A stretch of DNA of 64,000 nt from Balanoglossus misakiensis (Eukaryota; Animalia; Hemichordata): contig CM082577.2 in NCBI GenBank assembly GCA_040954595.2, positions 17,625,500 through 17,689,499 on the forward strand. Direction: 5' to 3'. Position numbers and translations under genes: made by a program. How positions within the stretch are numbered: position 1 is the stretch's first letter; each line of letters opens with the position of its first letter. The notes below the pieces were generated by a model. The model saw nothing but the letters and a program-made list of their open reading frames with translations, ran no database searches and was not told the DNA's origin. Shown one piece after another: positions 1 to 11,875 of the stretch.

Positions 1-1838
1 AACTCGCTTGTTTTAAATTCAACAGCTGCCAGTCATCACATTCAGGTTTTTCTCGACGTTTCCAATAACTTTACCCTTTGTCTTGTGAAGCGTTCGAAAG
101 AAGAAGAAAAAAACGGTATTCATCGCTGGCAGTGAAAGGATGTCAAATTAGTGGGAGTAATATCCCGGATTTAACCAGCGTTTATGCCACACCCTTCAAT
201 TGATTTCATCGATTGAAGGGGACAGTGTGAAACAAGCCACGTTGGAAACACTTTTGCCCTGCCTCAAATTATTATCTACTCGTGTTTTGCTTTTAAACTG
301 ATCTGAGGAGGCAAGTGACTTAAATTCAAGCACAGTTTCAGCACGAGTGGTCTGTACTTTAAAGAAACAGACTCTAATCCTGAATGTGTATCTCGCAACG
401 ATTAAGATAAAATGGGAAAACCTCTCTCGTTTTGTAACATTAGGGTTTTTATTTGTTTTACTTTGAATATCTCATTCGAGTACCAAACGGTAAATTACGA
501 TGAAAACAAAAGTGGAAAACAGGAAATCTTGTATAACGTTTTGTTGGCGACTCCTGTGAGAAAGTAACGTTGCCAAGGTGACAAATACTCCTATCACAGT
601 GAATTTTCAAAATATGTTGAATATATGATGGATACATAATATCTCACAGTTAAGACTTCAAAATATAACAAAAACGCAAATTCGTCCACATGAGTTTTCC
701 ATCCTTTTTGTATCTGAACAATTAATGTAGTTCGGTTCATTTCGACTAGTTGTGGGAACTGCGCCACTTAGTAGAAACTGACCTTTGTTTTAAGCAGTGA
801 CCTTTATCATCATTCGGTTGCCATACCAACGAAGACGGCTTGTCATTGAAGCACATATGGCTTGGAATGTTCTCCATCGGTTGAGTAAAGCCTTGGTTGC
901 AGATCGAGTATTAGCTCTACGGACCCTGTATCATGTTTCACTGCTTCACTTACTTTTACAATGCAGTGTGTTTGATTGTCGTCCCTGCACATTTTACTTT
1001 TAAATCAGTCAATTTGTTTTGTTTTATTTTGTTTTTACTATGGACAGGCAAAATCTCGTCCTTGCACGTTACCACGACATTGCTACAGGCATGAAAAATG
1101 AAGATTTTCTGTTGGTAAGTCATGCTAGGCTTTGAATACAGTCAATGGAAACCCTAGAAACTTGGCATTCAAATCTACGTCGTAATATAGGCCCGAAGAT
1201 CAAACAAACAAATGCCTAAAATGACACATATTGCATTGGCGAGTCTAGAAGTTGAGGGAAAAGTAAGATTCAGAAGCTTATATAGTAAGCACCGAGAACT
1301 TATCCAGAAAAGACGTAACTACATTTATTAGGATAAAGGTCCACCTTTCAGATACAAATGTTGAAAAGTGAAAAGGCGACAAGGCCGAAAAGTTTGATGG
1401 GATTACGCCTGAAGCATAGATATTTAATTCTCATTAATTATGCAAAGTGGAATATGATAACCATCTATAAATTAACATTAGATGCAGTGCTTCTCATATC
1501 AATCAATACTTGAGTATAGCTTTGCGTAGGGCATGTTTATTGACCATTGTAAATGTTGCAATTGCCTCCCTTTCAGTGTTAGAAGAGAAAAAGAAATGAT
1601 TATGACCAAAATAAACTCAAGTCTATTGTACTGGCGGAAATTATATTGAGTTTGAATGATAATGTGTAACAGAAAGTGGCATTGATTCGATACTCGGAAA
1701 GAGATGCGTCAGCCACAGAATATAACTTGGTCAAAAGACATAATGGTTAGGAGTATAATTGAATGGCAATACAAACACGTGACAGAATGATCCATGATGT
1801 GTTGGAGCTATATGCCCCAAGTGTGTAGTCTAATCCAT

Positions 1839-1873
<35 letters not shown>

Positions 1874-1926
1874 TAACTGACAGACAGACAGACAGAGGGG
1901 GAGAGAGAGCAGGGAGAGAGAGGTGG

Positions 1927-1997
<71 letters not shown>

Positions 1998-2123
1998 AAG
2001 AGAGAGAGAGAGAAAGAGAGAGAGTGTGAGTGAGAGAGAGAGACAGAGACAGAGGGTGTTTGAGAGAGAGAGGGGGAGGGGGAAGACAGGGGGAAGAGAG
2101 GAAAGAGAGAGGAAAGAGAGAGC

Positions 2124-2186
<63 letters not shown>

Positions 2187-2410
2187 GACAGATGACGGGC
2201 GGGAATACGTTATGGGTATTCAGGGATACATTAGGAACGATGAAGAGGAAGCTTATGGTAAAAGAAGAACTACTGACAGAAACAGAGTTGGGATGTAATC
2301 AGGACAGGGAACAGGACGTGATGGGCATTGAGATCTTCACGAGCTTTGCGACAGACAGGATTAGATATGGCTAACAGACAGACAGACGGACAGACAGACA
2401 GACAGACAGA
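1839..2410. repeat. Compound (GACA)n/(GA)n microsatellite tract
   Basis: Directly visible runs of gaca/gaga at about 1839-2191 and 2374-2410. They explain the RQTD-repeat ORFs. Confidence 0.97.
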
Positions 2411-4936
2411 TAGTAACACACACACGGAGAAAATAAAAATGTGATGCGTCAAGACTGGGGAACATGTCACAAAGACACTTGGATAATCAAAACTAAAATG
2501 CGTACGATCAGCAGCAGTAACAGAGGGCAAAGCACGTGATATTAAAATTACAATGGAAGCAACAATCGATCAATTAAATAGTAAATTTAAGACTGAGCTA
2601 ACCGAATGACTCTCAGTAAATAAATGTTCATAAATTATACTTACTACAACAGAAACACTTTGGAAACACGAAACTTATGTATTCACATGTGTTTGCCTTT
2701 AAGTATCAATGACGTTAATGACCGCTATTCAGTTAATTGTTGTTAAATGTTATCAACTCTATAGATTTTGCCACCGCGGATCGTTTCACGTCGTGGAAAT
2801 GTTCTTCACGTTTTCTCTTTTTGCGATTATCACGTTCTGTCTTTTTGCAGTTTATCCGTCACTATGCCTGGATGTCAATCCCCACCTCCCCTTTCCCCTT
2901 CAAGTCCTAGAATTCATGGATGATCAATCGGTCTGTCAAAATCACTCATCGAACTGTGCGCTGTCTACTCACTAGGACGAAAGAATGTCAGCTAATCCCA
3001 AAACAAGTAGTTGATTTCGCTTGGCTGAATAGCCATCAAAGATTATGTTGCCAAGTTTTGATGGAAATTAATTGCATGCTCATTAAAAGTTGTTTTTTGC
3101 ATTCTCCGGGGAAAGCCCGTTAAAACAACCCCAATCATTAAACGGCCGAGCCTAGTTCTCATTTGTCAGATCTCATTTGCATAGCCATATCCAAGTCGCA
3201 AGTATGTACTCTGTTTCATATTTTTATAAAAACATCGATTATGCATTGTCGTTTCTACGCATTATTTGACTTTTTTCTCCGTTGCAGTGTGACCATGCAT
3301 TCATCATAGACAGCGATAATCCCCGCACATTTCCACAAAAGAGAATTAAATGTCAACTTGTCAAACCATCCAATTAGCCCTCATTTTGAAATTAAAACGA
3401 CAATCTCTTTACTCTGACATGGTTATGTCAAGGAGAAAAAAGACGAAGTGACATTACTGATTTTAAAGAAAATCAGCACTCCCAAACAAGATTTCAATCA
3501 AACTATTTTTTCTGGTCAGTAACTAGATTATCTGATTGACGTGCTCCGTGCCAACCTCAATACTTCAGTAAATTCGATAGATTTCCGTGTGACACCAAAA
3601 CATGAAAAGTCTCTCATCGAACGAGACATCCAAAATAATTGTACTATCTAGTGGCTATTTGTTCTTAATATGCCGTGTTTTCTTTTGATTTATTTTATTT
3701 TCCTCTTCTATTTGACAGGTCCGCACCTAAATTCATTCGAAGATGTGTTTGAATTTAATAATTTAATTTCAGCCATTTTGTTCAGTGTGTGATAAAGACT
3801 GAATCCTGGAGCGAATTGATTCAGCACCATGGATCAATGGATCAACCCTAATTGTTGTTGACAATCAAATTCACTTGCCAACAATGACAAAATCTGAACA
3901 CTGGGCATTTCAGTAGGAGTAGAACCCGAAAATGCCGCCTTTCAGAAACTCCTGACAAATCAAATTTAAAGTTTCAGCGAACGTTCCTTTTATATACATA
4001 TCAAAAGGTTCTTTCACTAACGGTTGGAAAAAAGTAAATTTTCCTTCGTTTGCCATTCTTTCGGTTGAGGATTATTTGAATACTTTGTCTTGGAACATAT
4101 TAAGCAGGTCAAGAGTAAAATCGTCAACAGAAAGTCTCTCAGATGATGGATGGCCCGAAAACAATTCACATTAGATTTGTTGGTCTTCTCCGCGAGTCCT
4201 GTTCCCGATACTAGTACATAATGTATATGACATGTTCCTTTACCCCATGCGCATGCCTGTTATGCCTGAAACAATAATAAGAAAATCGGCCATCAGTGCC
4301 ACACGGCTGTTTTCTTTCATTCACGTAAAGATTTGATTAGTAATCGATACGTGTTCAGTCTCATAAAATATCATTTTTAATCCGGCATTAAATGCAGCCC
4401 GAATTGACTTCAACTAGTCCCACTGTCTTCTTTTATCGGAACACCTAATACCGGGCACAGCTCACTCTCGTTGGTTTCCTTGTACAGTAAATTACATCGG
4501 TAAAAACTACAATGAAAACTTCAACGCAGTTATAGTAGCAGCTATTATTCTGAAACGATAGCGTTCACTGCCGCAACAGTCCGTGTATTGCGTTTAGATT
4601 ATACGCTTATATTCTAATCCAATTATTTCAAAACCTCGACGGGGAACAAAGAGCATTTTCTAATCATTAAAATTCGTTTACTCCGTATTTATGAAAATTG
4701 GCGCATCGTTCCCACAAAAGGCTAACGTCAACATTGAAAATATTTTGTACTGCGATATGCTCGTGTGACAACCGATCAAATGCATTCTTGAACCCATTCC
4801 TACAAAGTTATATATGTGATAGCTGTAAAGATTTGATATTTTCCAATAAAAGCACGAACATTTCCAATGATAATTAACCGGTCAAAGTATTTTTGGAGTT
4901 ATGCGTTATTTTGATGACGTGGTAAACAACATCATA

Positions 4937-4965
4937 CGTCGTCGTCACCGTCGTCGTCGTCGTCG

Positions 4966-5007
<42 letters not shown>
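4937..5007. repeat. (CGT)n-(CAT)n compound trinucleotide microsatellite
   Basis: cgtcgtcgt... runs into catcatcat... Confidence 0.95.
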
Positions 5008-8000
5008 CAACCACGTTGTGTGCACCTCTGTACGCCCCCGCGAAGCTTTATGCATTCTTCGTCATTTACGTTAACATTTACGTTGATGAAACGGATTTGG
5101 ACTGAGTGTACACGACCTAGGATAATGTAATGGGAGGTTTAACAGACAGAAGCTCTAACCTTTGATGATTATTTCACCAGTGCGGTCTGTAATTTCTCGT
5201 TCTTCTTGCAAAACCACATTTAAAAGTAAAGTATTCAGCTTGTCAACAAAGTATATACACGTGTAAAATGACGTTTTTCATTGATGACATATAAATTTGT
5301 AGTCCGGAGTAAAATTAAATTATCAACAATATCATTGATTGTCATACGTGTAAAGATGCAATGACAGGCGTCGTTCTGGGCATGTCAACATGTTTTGGGG
5401 AATAGAACGAAAAGAAGAAGTGGATACACAGAATTAAAACGCAGCATATATTATCGAAGTAACATCTACTGTTTCTTTAAAGATTCGTAACTGTTCACCA
5501 TGACAATAAATATTTCTGGCGTGAGTTTAATCATACAAGTTCAGATTTTAGGTCTTGGACAGAGTCGTGTCAACACAAACTTATTCCATAGATTATCACA
5601 TTTTCGCATAAAAAGACATATTTTGTACTTGGGCGATAAAGTACAATACCGTTTTTATTCGCTTACACCGAATAAGTATTTCAATAGATCCAGTGCAAGT
5701 TGTACGCTTTCCAAACTATTTATGACGGAGTCTCAATGTCTCCAGTTGGCTCGCCTGTCTGGCGGTACATGCATCTCCGTCTGAAATAATAATATACCGG
5801 CGCTTCGAATCGATTTACCCTGCTTTCGCACCTGATGGCCAAATCATATTAATTTTCTTGAGAACTTTAGGGAGCGCTGTTGCGCACATTTGGTTTTCAG
5901 CTCCGACCTATTGAGGTGATACGAAGCGAACCGCCACTTTGCACCGGGTACACCGCAAACAAAAGGTAAGTGAAGGCTGCTCGTCCGTCAGCTGTGCCAC
6001 GCCGGACCACACCGAGCGACACCTCCGTTGTTCCAATTTACTAAATTTACTTTTAAGCACCCTAAACGCGCTTGTCGAACATAAATCACGGTAATTTGAC
6101 ACTTAGACACCAAGGAAAAGTGGGCATACTGAATTAGCGACCCGGCTTTTTGTAGGGATGCGGTTTTCTCTCGGTAAGTAAGACGCGATGCAACTATTAG
6201 TAAATTCAACAACTACAGCCATTACGAAATGCATTAATCGCCATTTTGAAAGTGTATTTTGTGAGTAAAGTGATTTTTTTAAATTATAAAGAATTTAATT
6301 TGCATCATCGAGAACAACTACAAATAACGGGAACAGTGATTTGCTTTAACCAGGACAAAGGGAATGCATGATTACTGCCTTCTCAGATTTGGTTGTTTAA
6401 AGGCAGGAATAAAGATTTTCCCTTGATTTAACACTCCAATGCTTGCTGTTGGTCGATTGTTGCAGACGCGTGATTAAGGGGCTGAGGTCCTATGGCCGGC
6501 GTGACGTCACTCAGCACTTTTTTCAACTGTTTTGATCACTGAATCAAGCTTCAGTTACGGCACCATTTTTTTGTTAAATTCCTAGCAATTTTAGCAGAAG
6601 CATGATTTTTTCCATGTCAATCCAAAAAAGTGCGCTTACTAAAGGTAAGAATTTTGCTTTCGTAAGCAATCACCCTAGGCAGGTTTCATGGTTGTTCACT
6701 GACGTCACGATTGCTTGGATTATGTTGTCTGTGTTGCGGCGAGGGTCCAATCGAGGACGAGGGCGATCCAACGCTAGACATTTGTGCTCTCACATTCAGT
6801 TGACTTGTACATGTTCCGCATTGGGCTCATCCAAGAACCTTTTCGCTGCAACATCTAAAATAAAACGCAAGCAAAGACGGCTGTTGTGTCACACGGTCGG
6901 ATAAGCCCATGAAATGGTTAAAATAAGAAGCGATTAAGAACGGCTGAACTGTCACGGACAATGGCCGTACTTAAGATCAGTGGAAAAACTGATTTTGAAA
7001 CGCCCTGTTTTCTGCAGAAAATGGTTGGACAGTCATTGCGGTGACTCAATACAAGAAAGGTTTACATTAAACGAAACTTCCAGGTGCAAGGGGGTGCATG
7101 TGCCTTAAAATGAAGTTCGAAGTGGTCATGTTTGGGTCCGAAGCTTTTGTCGTGGAGACGCAATGTATTGAGAGGCCCTCCAACAAAGTAATCACCATCT
7201 TCAACAATCGAAATATTTTAGTTCATAAAAATCGATGATAACTTGTGGCAGCAATCTCTTACAGACATTGTTTTACTGAATAAAATGTCGGTTAAGACAC
7301 GTCAACCTATTATGTCATGAGCCAGACTGTGATTCTAATCAAAATGTTGACTGTTTGAGTCTATTTTTGTCTATTTCATTGTGCAATGTGTAGTTCGTTG
7401 TCAACAATAAACAGTCTCTGATTTCTATTTCTTGAGTAAACGAAGCACACAGTGTCATACAGTGCAAATAATTAAAAGAACATAATCTGCCAGTATTTGT
7501 TCATTGCTAACACTTCCTAAAATAGTACAAAAACCTTCTTTATTCAACAGTGCACGAATCTTTTCATGACTTTTAACCAAGCGGGATGGTGGGCGTCCCC
7601 ATACCCTATGTCCTCTAACACCTGAAGTGTATACTGTACACACTAGCCTACACCAACGGTACATCAGAACCTCTACACACTAATGCCTGTGATAACCACT
7701 AAGCCACCGTAACTCACGTCACTTCCGTTGTCCATTCAACATACAAAACGGGTTTGACAGTTAGCAGATACTGGAACCACACAGTGCATACGTCATGTCA
7801 AATAAATTGTTCCCACAGTGCCTTCTTTATGCCGCATTCTCTAATACAGAATGTCTTTGGGACTAATTTTTCTCATTTTAATAGAGGACCTGGTATATAT
7901 TTGACTTTTTATACAGATTCAAACCATACAAGATTTTGCCACCGAATATTTTCCTGCCCTCTATCAGATAGAAAATGATTCGCCATTGTACCTTCCAGAA

Positions 8001-9729
8001 GGTCTTGGCTAAAATAACCCCACAGGAAATCTTGTAACCGGGGCATTTTGTTCGAAACCAATGAAATCCACAGAAAATCACTTGTTTTAATTCGTACTAC
8101 TCACTAAAACTGCCATTAAGATCGGTTGCCTGGCATTTTTAATATTTATCTTTGGTGAGAATGCTGCAAACAAGGCGCGACAGTTTTCTGACCGGACTAA
8201 CGAGGCTCAAAATAGCTGCAAACATTGACAGGAATAATAGAGAATCAAGTGAGAGAGTGATGTAGAGAGGAAGAAATTTGAATGATGGCAGGCAAGAGTG
8301 TTAGAAAGACAAGAAAAGAACGTGGTAACATTAAAGGGACAAAATCGCCCACTCTTATTATTATTATGATTGTTCATTTCTTTTGATGGATTATTTCTAC
8401 TGTTCTGCACTCGAATATGATGGAGGATCCCGGTTTGTTACTGCTAGACACTCAACTCACACTCTCTTATATGGGGTAGTACAATGAATACTACTACGAT
8501 GCAATTTTGGTATGGACCAAATATTAAGTATAATATGGGACTATTCACGTTTTTTGTGAATACTCTATGAATTTGGGAAAGAGCGATAGAGAGAAAATTA
8601 CAGACAGAAAGACCCATAAAAAGACACATAAACATGAATCCGACAAATAAAGCATATTTTTGACTGTTGTTTATAAGAGACGATCGTCCTTGTTACACGT
8701 GGCATTAAAAGACAACAAGACCCATCACTGTTAAAACTATACTATCAGAGCGTCAAAACTTCCTTCACTCTCACTTACGACTTCTTTCTCCAATATTTTC
8801 GTTATGCCTGCGGCGATCATCGTTCTCTAACAAAATGAATGTGGATGAAAATTTATAGTGAGAATTAATATTCTTTACCTGTGGCCAGAGACAATGCCCC
8901 CCCCCCCTCCCACCCGCTATCCAATGACTCATTTTTCATGTGATATTGCGAGGTCAACCAGGCGTATTTGTGGATGTCAGATAAAAAAAACATTTGCAAA
9001 TTTCTTATAAGTTCCCAACTATTGTTGACACAATCCAAGGTTCTAACTAATTACATACCACTATTCTTATTAGTCTATATGCTTGGAACCATTTTTCTGA
9101 TCTTACGACAACTCATTCAACCATGTTCATCAATTTATCATCACCCTAAGCTCTTTTCACCTCGGCTGAGTTACTCTATTGAAGATTGTAGCCAGTGGCG
9201 TTACCAATCATCCGACAATTTATTGTCGTGACGCGCGTGCTCAAGGATCTGACGAGAACCGACCAATATGCTCACTCAGCTGCGTTAATCTGCATAGTGT
9301 GCCTCCCACTGCAATCATTTTCCCGTTATATGCACCTTAACAGTTCCGACAGTGACCCAAGCTTAACGAGTAAAATATCACCATCACAGCAAAATGTTGG
9401 TACTCGGCAAATTTAAGAAGACAAGTCTTTTCTGTCAGTTGAAGTCACTCAGATAGACTTACTGCGAAAATGAGATGGGTCATGCAGAGATAAAATAAAA
9501 AAAAGCTTATTGTCTAAATGTTGGCTAATATTTTATCAAAAATATAGCCTGCAGTTGAGCAAGCTTTTCATTAAAACATAACATGCCTCTCGAATGTTGA
9601 AACTTTTTTCTTAACATCAAAGTAAAACCTTTCCGATACATTATCTGTGGCAAATATTTACACCATGGTTTAAGATACATGTGTACCAAAATTTCATAGC
9701 ATTTTAGTTGTTGGCAAGGATAGCGTACA

Positions 9730-10109
9730 TGACGTCACATGATAATTGGCGCGGCGGCCGACGGTAGCTTCCTCAAGGGAGTAAAAACCAAGTTAAGAGC
9801 GATTGCTCAAAAACAAAAGCAGTTCAAGGGTTTCAAGCATGTCGCATCACACCTGCGGATATCAGCATTTTCTGCAGGGATGGTGGGTGTGGTCTCCATG
9901 AAATCCAATTAGCGTACGAGAAGCAGAATGATGGACAGTTGGCCCAGAGCCCAAGCTGAAGCTGCGTATATTGCTCGCCCGTTATATAGCAGTTCGCGAT
10001 GCAATGGTTTGGAGGTGCGTTCCTACAAAGGCGCAATTATACGGCGATAAATTACGGACATAAAGGAGAAGCGATATAAAGAGGAGTTTGAAAAGGACAG
10101 TTGTTCAGT
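9730..10109 (+). promoter_or_regulatory. Candidate core promoter of the C19orf85-like gene (CRE, CCAAT, TATA, Inr)
   Basis: TGACGTCA at 9730-9737, ATTGG at about 9745, TATAAA at 10075-10080, and Inr-like TCAGT at 10105-10109. The A at 10107 lies 32 nt from the TATA start, which is canonical spacing. Function is inferred. Confidence 0.45.
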
Positions 10110-10777
10110 GGATAGCAGAGGCAGCGTTCACGTTTGTAGAACGCGCGTACGCGGCACGGTGTTGACAACATACCAGTGAAGAGACATAGGCGCAGCATTT
10201 AATATTGCCCGTTGACTGACTCAAAGACGTCTGCTTCAAGAAGGTGAAGAAGGCACAATTGCGATCCAGCGTTGCCGAAGTCCGTTATCCGAACTCGAAA
10301 ATTGAAGAAAAGCTGCGGTCTACTATTGTTGTGACGAGGACAAGCTTGCCTCCCAGTCATACAGTGTTAAGACCTCTCTCTGTGTAGTTGTGTTGACCAC
10401 GCCACGGGTTCGAAGAGCAAAACTTAACCGGTTTAAGGATGCGACAATACATCCGACATAATGACAGCAAAATCGGGCTAATTCTGGCAGAACCAAGTGA
10501 AGGAATGGGATTTACATTTCAGAGTAGAAAAGTCGAACATTTTTTCAAGGCAATACTCAGAGCAGATGAGTGAATCGCTTTGGATGTCCGCTACGCTTGA
10601 AAACGTCTCGACATGGTCCATTGAAAATTCTCCGTGTTGCTCATGTGAAAAAACTGTTCTTTGTCTGGACATAGTAGTAGGATATGCCAAGAGTGTAAAC
10701 CATAAATAGCAGACGGAGTTCTCGATTTTGAACCTTCCACATTCTGTGTTTTGTTTCGTTCAATAGCAGGAGGAAGA

Positions 10778-11875
10778 ATGAACTTTCTACTGGGAGGCAC
10801 TTATCCAGTTCCCCCTCCGACAACAGTCCAGGACAAGGGGAAAGATCTGCTGACTTTTGTCAACGTTGCCTCTTCGCACATCATGAGGACATTACAGAAG
10901 CCAAAGAAAGGGCGATCAAAGAAACGAAACGTGAACCACCGCCGTTTTCTGGAGAAACAACTCAGCAAAAAATACAGTACTTCAGTGGTGACCAACGATA
11001 CATTGGGCAACGCAGCGGAAATCTCGCCCGCCGTTGAGGAGAACGAGAAATCACCAGAATTGGATGGCAGTGAGGATAACATGGCCACGACGCCGACGCA
11101 AACCGTTGTATGCAGAAACACAAACTTGGTCAGTCGGCAGCTAAGTGAGAATCCCACTTCGGTAGTGTACAAGAAACAACAGCCTCGACATCGCGCGCTA
11201 GCACCGGTTTCTTATTCCCAAAGCGAGTGTCTGGTCAGATCACCTATGCAACAACATTCAAGTTGCGTGTACAAGCCTTCCAGGCAGGCAAATACTCAAC
11301 TACATGCAAATATGGGCTATTATAACCCACCAACTGATAATTATTACGACATACAAAGACTCTCCAAAGCTAGCAGATCATCATCAGTTGCGTCCCCGAC
11401 CGTGTCACCGATGACAACACCTTCGGAAATGGTTTATGATGTTGACATTAGCGGGCCACACTTTCAGGAAATAACGGACATTCTGACCCCGATCTTTTCT
11501 GAGGAGAGAAACTGTTACGGCCAAGATCACACCGCCGAGAACACGTCACACGGCAACAGCCATATGACGGCGGAGTATCCAACGGCCAGAGAGTATGTCG
11601 ACTCGTCGCCCGCCAGCTCCAATCTGTCATACAGCACCGAACAGTCGTCTGAATTTGACTACGACATGGCACAGTCGACGGAACAAGGCTGTCACCAACA
11701 AAACAATACGACAGAATACACCGAACTGTCACCGTGCATGTACAATGATCTTAGCGGGTGGATCAGTCATGACAGTAATTTGTCAAATCTGTATGATCTC
11801 ACCGTGCAGCTCCTCGAACAACAACGGGAATTAACCTGTGACAGCGTAACAATTGCCGCCAATATTGGAACATAG
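10778..11875 (+). CDS. C19orf85: C19orf85-like protein (FAM181-related N-terminal motif), 365 aa, single coding exon
   Basis: Long ORF with first ATG at 10778. Motif DLLTFVNVASSHIMRTLQKPKKGRSKKRNVNHRRFLEKQL matches the L..FV..A..HxxRxLQ...KRxxNHRRFLxxQ block of C19orf85 (FAM181 has the related LLxFVNxASSxIKxAL...VDHRKYLQKQL). The rest is Ser/Thr/Pro-rich and low complexity. A polypyrimidine + TAGCAG acceptor-like sequence just upstream suggests a 5'UTR intron. Confidence 0.8.
   Translation: MNFLLGGTYPVPPPTTVQDKGKDLLTFVNVASSHIMRTLQKPKKGRSKKRNVNHRRFLEKQLSKKYSTSVVTNDTLGNAAEISPAVEENEKSPELDGSEDNMATTPTQTVVCRNTNLVSRQLSENPTSVVYKKQQPRHRALAPVSYSQSECLVRSPMQQHSSCVYKPSRQANTQLHANMGYYNPPTDNYYDIQRLSKASRSSSVASPTVSPMTTPSEMVYDVDISGPHFQEITDILTPIFSEERNCYGQDHTAENTSHGNSHMTAEYPTAREYVDSSPASSNLSYSTEQSSEFDYDMAQSTEQGCHQQNNTTEYTELSPCMYNDLSGWISHDSNLSNLYDLTVQLLEQQRELTCDSVTIAANIGT

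Noticed and set aside
1837-2530. ORFs with RQTD/ER repeats
   Set aside because: Translations of (GACA)n/(GA)n microsatellites.
7640-7715. Minus-strand GGTGGCTTAGTGGTTA resembling a tRNA A-box
   Set aside because: No good B-box or cloverleaf; at most a degenerate tRNA-derived repeat, so not called a tRNA.
10801-11732. Minus-strand ORFs overlapping the C19orf85-like CDS
   Set aside because: Antisense shadows without motifs.
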